Below are positions 16,927-29,631 of a stretch of DNA of 64,000 nt, one piece after another (the stretch's first letter is position 1; every line of letters begins with the position of its first letter). This stretch comes from an uncultured Bacteroidales bacterium (lineage in GTDB: Bacteria; Bacteroidota; Bacteroidia; Bacteroidales; Bacteroidaceae). The notes under the pieces are model-generated. The model was not told where the DNA came from, did not search any database, and saw only the letters and a list, made by a program, of their open reading frames with translations. Where the stretch lies: the NCBI GenBank assembly GCA_902802265.1, contig CADCLN010000023.1, forward strand, positions 4,116 to 68,115, in the 5' to 3' direction. Position numbers and translations under genes: made by a program.

Positions 16927-18606
16927 ATGCCCAGGGCTGCATTATTATCTCCATCCTGCATCTTCGAATCCTCTTGGGAGGTGTGCAACAAAGTGGGTGG
17001 TATCTATACCGTATTGTCTTCCAGAGCAAAAACTCTGCAAGAAGTTTTCAAAGACAAAGTTTTCTATATAGGTCCAGACTTCTGGCTTGAAAAGAAAAAT
17101 CCATTATTCAAGGAGAGCAAGACCCTCCTGAAGGCATGGCGCGAAGCAGCGAAGGAGGTAGATGGACTCTCCCTTCGCATCGGCCGTTGGGCTATACCTG
17201 GCGAACCCATTGCCATTCTGGTGGATTTTCAGCCATTTATGGAAGAGAAAAACCAAATCTTCGGCTGGGCATGGGAAAACTTTGGCGTTGATTCACTCCA
17301 TGCTTACGGCGACTACGACGAAAGCATCGTCTTCTCTTGGGCGGCAGGCAAAGTGGTCGAAAGCTACTTCCGCTACTTCCATCTCTCTCTCGGCGACAAT
17401 GTGGTTTTTCAGGCACACGAATGGCAAACCAGCCTTGCCGCCATGTATGTCAACAAATACGTGCCAGAGGTGGCAACCATCTTCACCACTCATGCCACCA
17501 CGGTGGGTCGCAGCATCGCTGGCAACAACAAACCACTCTACGACTATCTATTCTCTTACGACGGCGACCAGATGGCTGCCGAACTCGGTGTTCAAGCCAA
17601 GCACTCTGTGGAGAAAAACGCTGCCCACACGGTCGATTGCTTTACCACGGTAAGCGAAATCACAGGCAAAGAATGTAAACAGCTTTTGGCAAAGGAACCC
17701 GATGCCATTCTGATGAACGGCTTTGAGAACGACTTTGTGCCCGCTCCGGCAAAAGCCTTCGACGAAGCCAGAAAAGCAGCTCGAACCACCCTGCTCAACG
17801 TAGCCAACAAACTGATGGGAACAGACATCGGCGACGAGGCACTTATTGTGGCAACAGGTGGCAGATACGAGTACAAAAACAAAGGCATAGACGTCTTTGT
17901 CGATGCCATCAACCGACTCCGTTTCGATGAAAACCTCCAACGCCCTGTTGTAGCATTCATCTTAGTGCCAGCATGGATGAAAGAAGCACGCCAAGACCTG
18001 AAGCAGGCACTCAAGCCCACCACCAAACTGGCAGGCGCACTTTCCAATCCGCGTATTACCCATGAACTCAACGAACCCTGGAACGACAAGGTGCTCGCCC
18101 AGATGGACTGGCTCGGCATCCACAACAAAGCCGACGACAAGGTGAAAATCATCTTCGTCCCCTGCTACCTTGACGGCACCGACGGCATCTTCAACAAACA
18201 CTACTACCAACTGCTCATCGGCATCGACCTCTGCGTCTTTCCCTCCTACTACGAACCCTGGGGCTACACACCCACAGAGTCCATCGCCTTCCATGTTCCC
18301 TGCATCACCACCGACCTTGCAGGCTTCGGGCTCTGGGCAAACGCCGTGAAGGGAGAAACCTCCCAGATAACCGACGGCGTGCAGACCATCCATCGTTCCG
18401 ACTACAACTTTGAAGATGTTTCCGAAGAAATCAAGAACACCATCCTGCAATATGCCGACTTCACCAAGAAAGAAGTCACTGCGGCTCGCAGCGCAGCCAA
18501 GAAACTGGCAGAAAAAGCACGCTGGAAACATTTCATTAAATACTACTACGAAGCCTACGACATTGCCTTGCGAAAACGCAACCAACGCTGGGCGCATAAC
18601 CGCTAA
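16927..18606 (+). CDS. Glycogen synthase, GT3 (eukaryote/Bacteroides type)
   Basis: 559 aa. The N-terminus FESSWEVCNKVGGIYTVL is typical of GT3 glycogen synthases as I recall them. It is followed 46 nt later by a glucan phosphorylase gene. Confidence 0.8.
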   Translation: MPRAALLSPSCIFESSWEVCNKVGGIYTVLSSRAKTLQEVFKDKVFYIGPDFWLEKKNPLFKESKTLLKAWREAAKEVDGLSLRIGRWAIPGEPIAILVDFQPFMEEKNQIFGWAWENFGVDSLHAYGDYDESIVFSWAAGKVVESYFRYFHLSLGDNVVFQAHEWQTSLAAMYVNKYVPEVATIFTTHATTVGRSIAGNNKPLYDYLFSYDGDQMAAELGVQAKHSVEKNAAHTVDCFTTVSEITGKECKQLLAKEPDAILMNGFENDFVPAPAKAFDEARKAARTTLLNVANKLMGTDIGDEALIVATGGRYEYKNKGIDVFVDAINRLRFDENLQRPVVAFILVPAWMKEARQDLKQALKPTTKLAGALSNPRITHELNEPWNDKVLAQMDWLGIHNKADDKVKIIFVPCYLDGTDGIFNKHYYQLLIGIDLCVFPSYYEPWGYTPTESIAFHVPCITTDLAGFGLWANAVKGETSQITDGVQTIHRSDYNFEDVSEEIKNTILQYADFTKKEVTAARSAAKKLAEKARWKHFIKYYYEAYDIALRKRNQRWAHNR

Positions 18607-18652
18607 AACTACTAAAACCTGTACATTATTCATTTAAAACAATATTACTATT

Positions 18653-21220
18653 ATGAAGATTCAAACAAGCAATGCCAACACCCCCAACTGGCGTGAAATC
18701 AGTGTTCGTTCCTCCGTGCCTGAAGCACTCAAGCCTCTTGATGAAATCGCACACAACGTCTGGTGGTCGTGGAACAACGAAGTAGGGCACCTCTTTCAGG
18801 ACATGGACGCCCAGCTCTGGCACGACACCGTGCAGAACCCCGTCCTCTTCCTTTCCCGCATGAACTACGAGAAACTCGAAGCCCTCGCTGCCGACAAAGC
18901 CATCGTCGGTCGTGTCAACGACATCTACAACAAATTCCGTGCCTACATGGACGTCAAGCCCGACAAGAAACGCCCCTCCGTTGCATACCTCTGCATGGAG
19001 TACGGACTCAACCACGTCCTGAAAATTTACTCCGGCGGTCTCGGCATACTCGCAGGCGATTACGTGAAGGAAGCCTCCGACTCCAACATCGACTTCTGTG
19101 CCGTCGGTTTCCTCTATCGCTACGGCTACTTCACACAGACCCTCTCCATGGACGGCCAGCAGATAGCCAACTACGAAGCACAAGTGTTCCCCACACTCCC
19201 CATCGAGCGTGAACTCGACGAAGACGGCAACCAGGTTGTCATCGGCGTGCCCTACAACAACTACACCGTTCATGCCCTCGTTTGGCACGTCAACGTAGGC
19301 CGAGTAAAACTCTACCTCCTCGACACCGACAACGAAATGAACTCCGAATACGACCGCAGCATCACCCACGCCCTCTACGGCGGCGACTGGGAAAACCGCA
19401 TCAAGCAGGAAGTCCTCCTCGGCATTGGCGGCATCCTCCTGCTCCGCAAACTCGGCATCAAGAAAGACATCATCCACTGCAACGAAGGCCATGCAGCCCT
19501 CGCCAACGTGGAGCGACTCTCCGAATTTGTCGAGAGCGGACTCAACTTCAGCGAAGCACTCGAACTCGTCCGCACCACATCCCTCTACACCGTGCACACC
19601 CCCGTACCCGCAGGCCACGACTACTTCGACGAGGGCCTCATGGGCAAATACCTCGGACAGTACCCACAGCGCCTCGGCATCTCTTGGGACGAATTCATGG
19701 GCATGGGCCGCAGCAACCCCGACGACAAGGGCGAGCGCTTCTGCATGTCCACCTTCGCCTGCAACACCAGCACATGGGTCAACGGCGTCAGCTGGCTCCA
19801 CGGCAAAGTCTCCCGCGAAATGTTCAGCGGCATCTGGAAAGGCTACTTCCCCGAAGAACTTACCAACGTGGGCTATGTCACCAACGGCGTCCACATGCCC
19901 ACATGGACAGCCAGCGAGTGGAAGGAACTCTATGCCAAATACTTCCCCGAAGGCTACCTGGCCGACCAATCTAACCAGAAACTCTGGGAATCCATCTACA
20001 ACGTGCCCGACCAGGAAATATGGGAAACGCGCATGAAGCTCAAGACAAAACTCTTCGACTACATCCGCAAGCAGTTCCACGACACATGGCTCAAGAACCA
20101 GGGCGACCCCTCACGCATCGTCTCCATCATGGAGAAAATCAACCCCAACGCCCTCACCATCGGCTTCGCCCGCCGCTTCGCCACCTACAAGCGTGCACAC
20201 CTGCTCTTCTCCGACCTCGACCGTCTCTCCAAGATTGTCAACAACCCCAACTACCCCGTGCAGTTCCTCTTTGCCGGAAAAGCACACCCCGCCGACGGAG
20301 CCGGACAGGGACTCATCAAGAAAATCTACGAAATCAGTCGCCGGCCCGAATTCCTCGGCAAAATCATCTTCCTTGAAAACTACGACATGAAACTCGCCCG
20401 CCGACTCGTCACAGGCGTTGACATCTGGATGAACACACCCACACGCCCCCTCGAAGCCAGCGGCACATCGGGCGAGAAAGCCCTCATGAACGGACTCGTC
20501 AACTTCTCCGTGCTCGACGGCTGGTGGCTCGAAGGCTACCGCGAAGGCGCAGGCTGGGCACTCACCGAGAAGCGCACCTTCCAGAACCAGGACCAGCAGG
20601 ACCAGCTCGACGCAGCCACCATCTACTACCAGCTCGAAAACGAAATCCTGCCACTCTACTACAACCAGGGCAACCTGGGCTACAGCGAAGGCTGGGTAAA
20701 GGTTATCAAGAACTCCATCGCACAGATAGCCCCCAACTACACCATGAAGCGACAGCTCGACGACTACTTCACCAAGTTCTACGAACCCCTTGCCCGTCGT
20801 CGCAAGCTGCTCTTTGCCGACAACTATCGGAAGGCACGCGACATCGCCGCATGGAAGGAACTCGTTGCCTCCCGTTGGGACGACATCCACGTCGTCTCCT
20901 ACGAGAAAGCCGAAGACATGGTGGCTGGTAGCATCCTCTCTGGCAAGAAATACAAACTCAAATACATCATCGACGAACAGGGACTCGACGATGCCGTCGG
21001 GTTCGAACTCGTCACCCTCTATCGCGACGAAGAAGGCAAGCAGCACATCAGTCAGGTGGAGGAACTCAAAGTGACCAAGCGCGAGGGCAACCTCTTCACC
21101 TTCGAAGGCGTGCACACCATTCCTACAGCAGGATCCTTCCAGGTGGCATACCGCATGTTCCCCAAGAACGCCGACCTGCCCCACCGTCAGGACTTCTGCT
21201 ACGTGAAGTGGTTCAACTAA
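18653..21220 (+). CDS. glgP: Alpha-glucan phosphorylase (GT35)
   Basis: 855 aa. Motifs are [39 protein letters not shown] and [15 protein letters not shown] (PLP-lysine region). Confidence 0.9.
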   Translation: MKIQTSNANTPNWREISVRSSVPEALKPLDEIAHNVWWSWNNEVGHLFQDMDAQLWHDTVQNPVLFLSRMNYEKLEALAADKAIVGRVNDIYNKFRAYMDVKPDKKRPSVAYLCMEYGLNHVLKIYSGGLGILAGDYVKEASDSNIDFCAVGFLYRYGYFTQTLSMDGQQIANYEAQVFPTLPIERELDEDGNQVVIGVPYNNYTVHALVWHVNVGRVKLYLLDTDNEMNSEYDRSITHALYGGDWENRIKQEVLLGIGGILLLRKLGIKKDIIHCNEGHAALANVERLSEFVESGLNFSEALELVRTTSLYTVHTPVPAGHDYFDEGLMGKYLGQYPQRLGISWDEFMGMGRSNPDDKGERFCMSTFACNTSTWVNGVSWLHGKVSREMFSGIWKGYFPEELTNVGYVTNGVHMPTWTASEWKELYAKYFPEGYLADQSNQKLWESIYNVPDQEIWETRMKLKTKLFDYIRKQFHDTWLKNQGDPSRIVSIMEKINPNALTIGFARRFATYKRAHLLFSDLDRLSKIVNNPNYPVQFLFAGKAHPADGAGQGLIKKIYEISRRPEFLGKIIFLENYDMKLARRLVTGVDIWMNTPTRPLEASGTSGEKALMNGLVNFSVLDGWWLEGYREGAGWALTEKRTFQNQDQQDQLDAATIYYQLENEILPLYYNQGNLGYSEGWVKVIKNSIAQIAPNYTMKRQLDDYFTKFYEPLARRRKLLFADNYRKARDIAAWKELVASRWDDIHVVSYEKAEDMVAGSILSGKKYKLKYIIDEQGLDDAVGFELVTLYRDEEGKQHISQVEELKVTKREGNLFTFEGVHTIPTAGSFQVAYRMFPKNADLPHRQDFCYVKWFN

Positions 21221-21254
21221 CAAACCACCTTCCCCCTATACCGTTGAAGCAATC

Positions 21255-21300
21255 GGGGTGTGCTTTGCCTTGGCGAAGCCACCCCCTCTTTCTTGTTTAC
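21255..21300 (+). terminator. Intrinsic terminator after glgP
   Basis: The stem ggggtg (21255-21260) with cacccc (21280-21285) has an inner gctt/aagc pair and is followed by the T-rich ctctttcttgttt. Confidence 0.55.
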
Positions 21301-21381
21301 CCCAAAATTCTAAGGAAATTAGAATAAATCCTATCATCCTTAGAAAAGTAAAAAGGGGGGCAAGCGAATCTTTGAAACAAT

Positions 21382-21926
21382 ATGAGAGGTTCTATCAAAA
21401 AGGGATGTGGTTTCCTCTTGGCATCCGTTTTGTTGTTAAGCATCGGGGCAGCAATCGCCTGGTATGTGAACAGACCCAAATGGAGCGATGACTACGGTCA
21501 GCGGTTTATTGATGTGGCTTACGGAAGCCGTGAACATAACAAGTTTCATTCTTCATTCTTCATTGACTTCGTCGAGCCTCTTACATACTCCCAAAAATCT
21601 AAGCCTCCCCGCAGGGGCAACGTCGGCTTGATTTTTATGTCGTCTGTGTTTCGAGGGTTCTTCATTCTTCATTCGGCAGGCATCGCCCATACATTACATA
21701 AACGATTCTACCGCCCTGCCATCCATCTTTGCCTATGGCGAGAAAGACTGGTTGGTGAGGCGAAACCACTACCAGTCGCTTCAAGCAAGATTTGACAGCC
21801 TCGGCTGGGCCATACGACTTGATTGTTTTTCCGAACTCAGGACACATGCTCATGAACGATAAAGATTGCACTATGCGCTACGACAGCACCATGCGTGCTT
21901 ATTGTAAGAAATACTTCGGATACTGA
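21382..21926 (+). pseudogene. Degraded alpha/beta-hydrolase (esterase) gene: N-terminal and C-terminal remnants only, plus a frameshift
   Basis: The N-terminal piece is MRGSIKKGCGFLLASVLLLSIGAAIAWY..DVAYGSREHNKF, an esterase-type start. The C-terminal pieces lie in two frames: LPSIFAYGEKDWLV..YQSLQARFDSLGW and PYDLIVFPNSGHMLMNDKD..YCKKYFGY*. The nucleophile-containing middle is absent and replaced by a segment flanked by TTCATTCTTCATT. Confidence 0.6.
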
Positions 21927-22082
21927 TAAACATACGAATGAATAAAGCAGATTTGTGCTGTAAAACAAAACTTAAGTTATAAGGACATTCATGTTGGTGC
22001 AATAACCCTATTGGTGCGCCTGATGTCACCAGCTTGGTAGCGCGTTATCCGGCACAGCTTACTCAGACATGACAAGAAGATT

Positions 22083-22224
22083 ATGACAGAGATAGAGAAG
22101 ATGCGCAGTGAGGAGTTTTATGACTTCACAAACGAAAAATGTTTGGCGAGTGACAAAGAACGTGGAACCGAATACGATTGTTGGCGGAGTCCCTGCTAAG
22201 GTTATCAAAAAGATAGAAGTATAA
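22083..22224 (+). pseudogene. Internally deleted maltose/galactoside O-acetyltransferase (Maa/LacA-like) remnant
   Basis: The N-terminal frame reads MTEIEKMRSEEFYDFTNEK. After a frame change it reads NVWRVTKNVEPNTIVGGVPAKVIKKIEV*, a typical Maa C-terminus. The left-handed beta-helix core is missing. Confidence 0.6.
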
Positions 22225-22334
22225 ACAGATAAATCGGATTATTTCTTTTTATATTCCCTTGACTTTTGAACTTTGCAAAAATCTATCCAGTCATTAAAAA
22301 ACATCAAGGTAAATACCAATTAAACGAACAAAGT

Positions 22335-23126
22335 ATGATTGCAAACGGAAAATATAGACATACCTACACAGCGACGGCGTCTGACATCACGCCATTGTAC
22401 AGGCTAACGCCTAATGCCATGCTGATGTATTTTCAGGACAGTTTCGCCCGCCTGATGACCATTCACCATGTAGCTGCTTTCGACATCGTGAAGCAGAGAC
22501 GGATGTGGGTTATCACAGAGGTGCAGATTGACATCCAGTCAACTGTCACTTATTGGTCGGAAGAATTCACAGTGGAACTGTGGGTGAGTGAGTTGACATC
22601 GCTCCGCATCTACTGCGATTTCCGTATTGTCCGCAGGGATAACGAACAACTGATAGCTTCAGGCACCAGCCAGTGGAACATTCTCAACCTTGATACCAAG
22701 CGTCTGGAACCGACAGACTTCCTTGCAGACAAGCTGGTGGTTGTACCCGAACTGATGACCGGTAGTCACAAGAAAGTACGGTTTCCCAAAACACAGTCAA
22801 TCGACATGCAGATGGAGCATCAAGCAACACGTCTTGACCTTGATTTCAATTTCCACGTCAGCAACCGCAGCTATGTCACTATTGCCATGCTGACTATGCC
22901 CGATGAGTTGCTTTCCTCCCACACATTGACATCCGTCATTGTCCATTGGCTGCACGAGACCTATCTTAACGACACCCTAACATGCTGCATGTCACGCACA
23001 GACGATGAAAGTTATCTTCACAAGCTTACGAATGCAGAGGGTGTAGTGGTCTGTGAGCTTATGAGTCTTTGGAAGCCACAACCAGAAATACCCGAAGTCA
23101 GTGAAGTGCTGAACAGAGATTTATAA
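22335..23126 (+). CDS. Acyl-ACP thioesterase-like protein (double hotdog)
   Basis: I trimmed the start to ATG 22335 (MIANGKYRHTYTATASDITPLYRLTPNAMLMYFQDSF). The TTG start in the ORF track overlaps a promoter-like cttgacttttgaactttgca. The two-halves architecture and N-terminal pattern fit the FatA/B-type family as I recall it. Confidence 0.6.
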   Translation: MIANGKYRHTYTATASDITPLYRLTPNAMLMYFQDSFARLMTIHHVAAFDIVKQRRMWVITEVQIDIQSTVTYWSEEFTVELWVSELTSLRIYCDFRIVRRDNEQLIASGTSQWNILNLDTKRLEPTDFLADKLVVVPELMTGSHKKVRFPKTQSIDMQMEHQATRLDLDFNFHVSNRSYVTIAMLTMPDELLSSHTLTSVIVHWLHETYLNDTLTCCMSRTDDESYLHKLTNAEGVVVCELMSLWKPQPEIPEVSEVLNRDL

Positions 23127-23173
23127 AACGCTAATAGATAAATCGGATTTTATATTAAACTGAAAGAAACTAC

Positions 23174-23554
23174 ATGAAGAAAGAGGTTAATTTCCGAGAA
23201 GAGGCAATAGAATGTGTTAAAGATTCTGTCCTCCCGATGCATCAGCAAATATATGACAAGTATAAAGGGGATTTTGACAGAATCTATGCGGAAGCGTATA
23301 ATAACAAATCCTATACAGGTAAAGTAATCGTCCCAGGGAAGGTATATGAACTGAGTTATTTGGAATGTTCGTGTCCCAAGGTTAAATGTGGTATGAGAAG
23401 TTGCCCAGAACAATGTGAATGTTCGCGCCAGAGCATTTTATATATACTGTCACAACTTGAGCCGAATAGCAATTTTGATGTTCAGATTGTAAACACGATT
23501 CTCAGAGGTAGCGATCGGTGTACTTTCCGGATAACGAGACAAGAGAGGCGCTAA
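23174..23554 (+). CDS. Small Cys-rich protein, possibly ATC-hydrolase-like
   Basis: 126 aa. It has the cysteine pattern CSCPKVKCGMRSCPEQCECS and a C-terminal GSDRCTFRI. The family assignment is tentative and from memory of the PF14196-type pattern. Confidence 0.5.
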   Translation: MKKEVNFREEAIECVKDSVLPMHQQIYDKYKGDFDRIYAEAYNNKSYTGKVIVPGKVYELSYLECSCPKVKCGMRSCPEQCECSRQSILYILSQLEPNSNFDVQIVNTILRGSDRCTFRITRQERR

Positions 23555-23726
23555 AGTAAATTCCAATTTATCCTACAGAATAAGCGAGGTCACACAGCCT
23601 TGCTTTTTTTGTTTCCCCATGTGCAGTTTTACCTCTCACGATGGTCGGCTTTTCATCCTTTTGGAATGGAAAACAATAAAATGGGATGTGTTTGCGTTTA
23701 TAGGCTAAACAAATATCTTTTTCACC

Positions 23727-25970
23727 ATGAAACGTTTTGTATCTTTTTTCCTGACAGTGCTGACAGCACTGAACCTGAATGCCCAGACTCCTAAGTATCT
23801 GGACAATAATGCTCCGATGGAGGAACGCATAGAGGATGCCCTCAGCCGAATGACGCTCCACGAGAAAATCAGCATGCTGCACGCTCAATCGAAATTTACC
23901 AGTGCGGGTGTTCCTCGGCTGGGCATTCGTCAATTGAACATGGACGACGGACCACACGGTTGCCGTGAGGAACTGGAGTGGAACACGTGGAGTCCCGCCA
24001 AGTGGACGAATGACTATGTGGTGGCTTTCCCGTCGCTGACGTGCCTGGCTGCTACCTGGAACCCCGACATGTCTGCCCTGTATGGCAATGCTATCAGCGA
24101 GGAGTTTGCCTTCCGTGGCAAGGATGTGTTGCTGGGCCCAGGGGTGAATATGGCTCGCACACCGCTCAACGGACGTGCCTTTGAGTACATGGGCGAAGAC
24201 CCTGTGCTGGCCAGCGAGATGGTGGTGCCCTACATTCAGCATGTGCAGCAGAACGGGGTGGCTTGCTGTCTGAAGCATTTCGTGCTGAACGACCAGGAGA
24301 CGGACCGCTTCCGTGTGAACGTGAATGTGTCGGAACGTGCCCTGCGCGAGATTTATTTGCGCCCCTTCGAAATGGCTGTGAAAAAAGCTAAGACATGGAG
24401 CATGATGGGTTCGTACAACCTGTGGCAGAATGTACACTGCTGCCACAACGACGCCCTGCTGAACGGCATCCTGAAGAAGGAGTGGGGATGGGACGGTGCG
24501 CTGGTCAGTGACTGGGGCGGCACAACCAATACGCAGGAGGCCATCTATGGTGGACTGGACATTGAGATGGGTACTTACACCGACGGCAAATTGCGCGAGA
24601 GTGAGTTTACATACGATGACTACTACTTGGCAAAGCCCTTTGAACAGCTGGTGAAGGACGGAAAGGTGCCCATGTCGGTGCTTGACGAAAAGGTGCGCCG
24701 TGTGTTGCGGCTGATTTTCCGTACTGCCATGAATCCCAAGAAAGTTATTGGCAACCAGTGTAGCGAAGCACACTACGAGGTCTGCCGACAGATTGGCGAA
24801 GAGGGCATTGTGCTCTTGAAGAATGAAAAGTTGCTGCCCTTGGAACCCGCTGCCGTGCAGGGCAAACGCATCTTGGTCGTAGGCGAGAATGCTACCCGCT
24901 CGTTGACACAGGGTGGCGGTTCGTCGGAACTGAAGACGCTGCGCGATATTTCTCCGCTGGAGGCTATCCAGCAGATGTATGCGGGCTGCACGGTGATGCA
25001 TGCGCAGGGCTATGTCAGCGGACGTGCGGTGTATGACCGTGTAGATAGAATCAATGCGGACGAGAACAAGCGTCTGCACGACGAAGCGGTGCGCATGGCT
25101 CGCGAGGCTGACTTCGTCATCTATGTGGGTGGTTTGAACAAGAACCACGGGCAGGATTGCGAGAATGGCGACCGCGAGGGTTACAACCTCAGCTTTGGTC
25201 AGAACGAACTGATTGCCGACTTGGCTGCCGTGCAGAAGAACATCGTGGTGGTGACGTTTGGCGGCAATCCATACGCCATGCCGTGGCTTCGGAAGGTGCC
25301 TGCCTTGCTCCACTGCTGGTATCTGGGCAGCGAGGCTGGTTCGGCGTTGGCGGGTGTGCTCAGCGGCAAGGTGAATCCCAGCGGCAAGTTGCCTGTGACG
25401 TTTGCTCAGCGGCTGGAGGATTATTCCTCCATGCGCTTTGGTGCAGAGGGCTATCCTGGCACGAACAAGCAGGTGCACTACAAGGAGGGCATCTTCATGG
25501 GTTATCGTTGGTTTGACCTGCCCAAGGCTGCGCAGCAGAATTTCCTTAAATCCGAGCATGCTCAAGATCTCACAGCTGTCGGGCAGCCCCTTTTCCCCTT
25601 CGGTTTCGGTCTGAGCTACACGACGTTCCGCTACGGAAAGCCCACCATTTCGGCTACGGGCGACTACGGATGGACGGTCACGGTCGATGTGACCAACACA
25701 GGACAGCGTGCAGGCAAGGAAGTGGTGCAGCTCTATGTGGGTCGGAAGGACAAGAGTGGGGTGGCACGTCCCGTCAAGGAACTGAAATATTTTACCAAAG
25801 TCAGTTTGCAGCCAGGCAATACCAAGCAGGTCAACCTGTTTATTCGTCGCGACGACCTCAGCTATTGGGACGAAAAAACGCATGGATGGAACATAGAACC
25901 AGGTACATACAATGCCTACGTCTGTGCTTCTTCCACCGATGTGCGGGGTGTGGTTTCGTTCAAGTATTAA
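23727..25970 (+). CDS. bglX: GH3 beta-glucosidase
   Basis: 747 aa with a signal peptide. Motifs are LGIRQLNMDDGPHG, KHFVLNDQE and GALVSDWGG (nucleophile Asp). There is a C-terminal Fn3-like domain. Confidence 0.9.
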   Translation: MKRFVSFFLTVLTALNLNAQTPKYLDNNAPMEERIEDALSRMTLHEKISMLHAQSKFTSAGVPRLGIRQLNMDDGPHGCREELEWNTWSPAKWTNDYVVAFPSLTCLAATWNPDMSALYGNAISEEFAFRGKDVLLGPGVNMARTPLNGRAFEYMGEDPVLASEMVVPYIQHVQQNGVACCLKHFVLNDQETDRFRVNVNVSERALREIYLRPFEMAVKKAKTWSMMGSYNLWQNVHCCHNDALLNGILKKEWGWDGALVSDWGGTTNTQEAIYGGLDIEMGTYTDGKLRESEFTYDDYYLAKPFEQLVKDGKVPMSVLDEKVRRVLRLIFRTAMNPKKVIGNQCSEAHYEVCRQIGEEGIVLLKNEKLLPLEPAAVQGKRILVVGENATRSLTQGGGSSELKTLRDISPLEAIQQMYAGCTVMHAQGYVSGRAVYDRVDRINADENKRLHDEAVRMAREADFVIYVGGLNKNHGQDCENGDREGYNLSFGQNELIADLAAVQKNIVVVTFGGNPYAMPWLRKVPALLHCWYLGSEAGSALAGVLSGKVNPSGKLPVTFAQRLEDYSSMRFGAEGYPGTNKQVHYKEGIFMGYRWFDLPKAAQQNFLKSEHAQDLTAVGQPLFPFGFGLSYTTFRYGKPTISATGDYGWTVTVDVTNTGQRAGKEVVQLYVGRKDKSGVARPVKELKYFTKVSLQPGNTKQVNLFIRRDDLSYWDEKTHGWNIEPGTYNAYVCASSTDVRGVVSFKY

Positions 25971-26028
25971 GCCTCTCTTCGGCGACCATGTGACAACGCC
26001 TTGCGCCGCGTGATAACGCTCTTTTTCA

Positions 26029-26182
26029 GTGGCACAGTTCTCCCACTTCGGTCGGAGAACTGTGCCACTGCCGTCGCATAGTTCTGCCACTCGGCTGGGA
26101 GAACTGTGCCACTCGGCTGGCAATGCAGTGCCACCGCAGCGGGAGAACTTTGCCGCCGCAGTGGCACTGCATTGCTACTGCA
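26029..26182. repeat. 22-nt-register repeat array C (7 units, alternating core orientation)
   Basis: Units are gtggcacagttctcccacttcg, gtcggagaactgtgccactgcc, gtcgcatagttctgccactcgg, ctgggagaactgtgccactcgg, ctggcaatgcagtgccaccgca, gcgggagaactttgccgccgca and gtggcactgcattgctactgca. A 17-bp perfect stem pairs 26027-26043 with 26054-26070. Confidence 0.9.
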
Positions 26183-26274
26183 AATCATTCCCATACATAC
26201 AGTCAAAAAACCATGAATGTGTGAATCTTTGCGTTTTTTTTCTGATAATGTTTGCAAGTTCGGGCAGAAGTTTG

Positions 26275-26282
26275 TATTTTTG
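26275..26282 (+). promoter_or_regulatory. -7 box TATTTTTG with -33 TTTG (26251-26254) for lacZ
   Basis: The sequence tttgcaagttcgggcagaagtttgtatttttgtg has 20-nt spacing between the boxes. It lies 102 nt upstream of the ATG. Confidence 0.5.
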
Positions 26283-26380
26283 TGCCCAAAAGGCAGGTGC
26301 TGATGCTATGAACAGACGGATACTGCCCCTGTTTTATTCTGATACATACTAATAACTAATCTAATAAAAACGCTTATTGA

Positions 26381-29536
<3,156 letters not shown>

Positions 29537-29592
29537 TCATGGATCATCAGAACGACAACATTAAAACATTTGTCTGATTCACGGAAATAGAT

Positions 29593-29600
29593 TACCTTTG
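29593..29600 (+). promoter_or_regulatory. -7 box TACCTTTG for the tandem GH43 gene
   Basis: The sequence agattacctttgcagc lies 32 nt upstream of the ATG. Confidence 0.55.
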
Positions 29601-29631
29601 CAGCAGAAAACCCATTAAAATCTAATAAACA

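Noticed and set aside
21540-21680. The TTCATTCTTCATT repeats as a coding heptad or microsatellite within an intact gene (track ORF 21382-21795)
   Set aside because: The 137-aa ORF reads through the filler segment into a frame that does not match the esterase C-terminal remnant. The esterase core is missing, so the ORF is a chimeric read-through of a pseudogene.
23568-26123. 851-aa minus-strand ORF, plus other long antisense ORFs (26306-28246, 28352-29416, 18626-20080, 20111-21223, 30169-31512, 35162-36235, 37599-38870, 40879-41790, 44615-45736, 10062-10997, 62430-63368, 5643-6536 and 6870-7610)
   Set aside because: Each is fully embedded opposite a gene with clear family motifs. Every one checked (bglX, lacZ, glgP, GH95) shares that gene's codon phase, so its stops depend only on the rare sense codons TTA, CTA and TCA. 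All have V/H/G/A/L-rich featureless composition. These are shadow ORFs.
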